The notes under the pieces are model-generated. The model did no database searches. It was not told the origin of the DNA and worked only from the letters and a program-made list of their open reading frames with translations. The position numbers were made by a program, and so were the translations under genes. From Eledone cirrhosa (lineage: Eukaryota): a DNA stretch of 64,000 bases. Shown piece by piece: positions 63,945 through 64,000 of this stretch. The stretch spans positions 24,242,001 through 24,306,000 of the forward strand of contig OZ024748.1 in assembly GCA_964016885.1 (NCBI GenBank), read 5' to 3'. Every line of letters begins with the position of its first letter. The first letter of the stretch is position 1.

Positions 63945-64000
<56 letters not shown>

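Overview
Eukaryotic, AT-rich, microsatellite-saturated non-coding DNA. The SINE types and repeat landscape look cephalopod/Octopus-like (inference only). No host protein-coding gene could be supported. Main content: (1) a ~21-kb head-to-tail array (6215-27090, minus strand) of four Tx1/L1-clade non-LTR retrotransposons from three subfamilies, with (GATA)n or a remnant of it at every junction. In all four copies the ORF1 stop overlaps a 5' splice-donor consensus (AG|GTARGT) and the ORF2 stop is a candidate 3' acceptor (pyrimidine-rich...CTGTAG|GT). The whole EN-RT ORF2 therefore looks like one intron, and removing it regenerates the exact ORF1 stop in 3 of 4 copies. (2) About a dozen type-I hammerhead ribozyme motifs in Penelope-like termini, mostly next to (TA)n. 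Several fold-back palindromes pivot on the ribozyme stem II, and one family has a variant CAGAAGA core. (3) Two tRNA-derived SINE families, further Tx1 and I-group LINE relics, a TIR element flanked by an unusual 35-bp direct repeat, and several minisatellites, one built from a tRNA A-box. Most listed ORFs outside the LINEs are microsatellite artefacts. All coordinates and base-pairings were read by eye.
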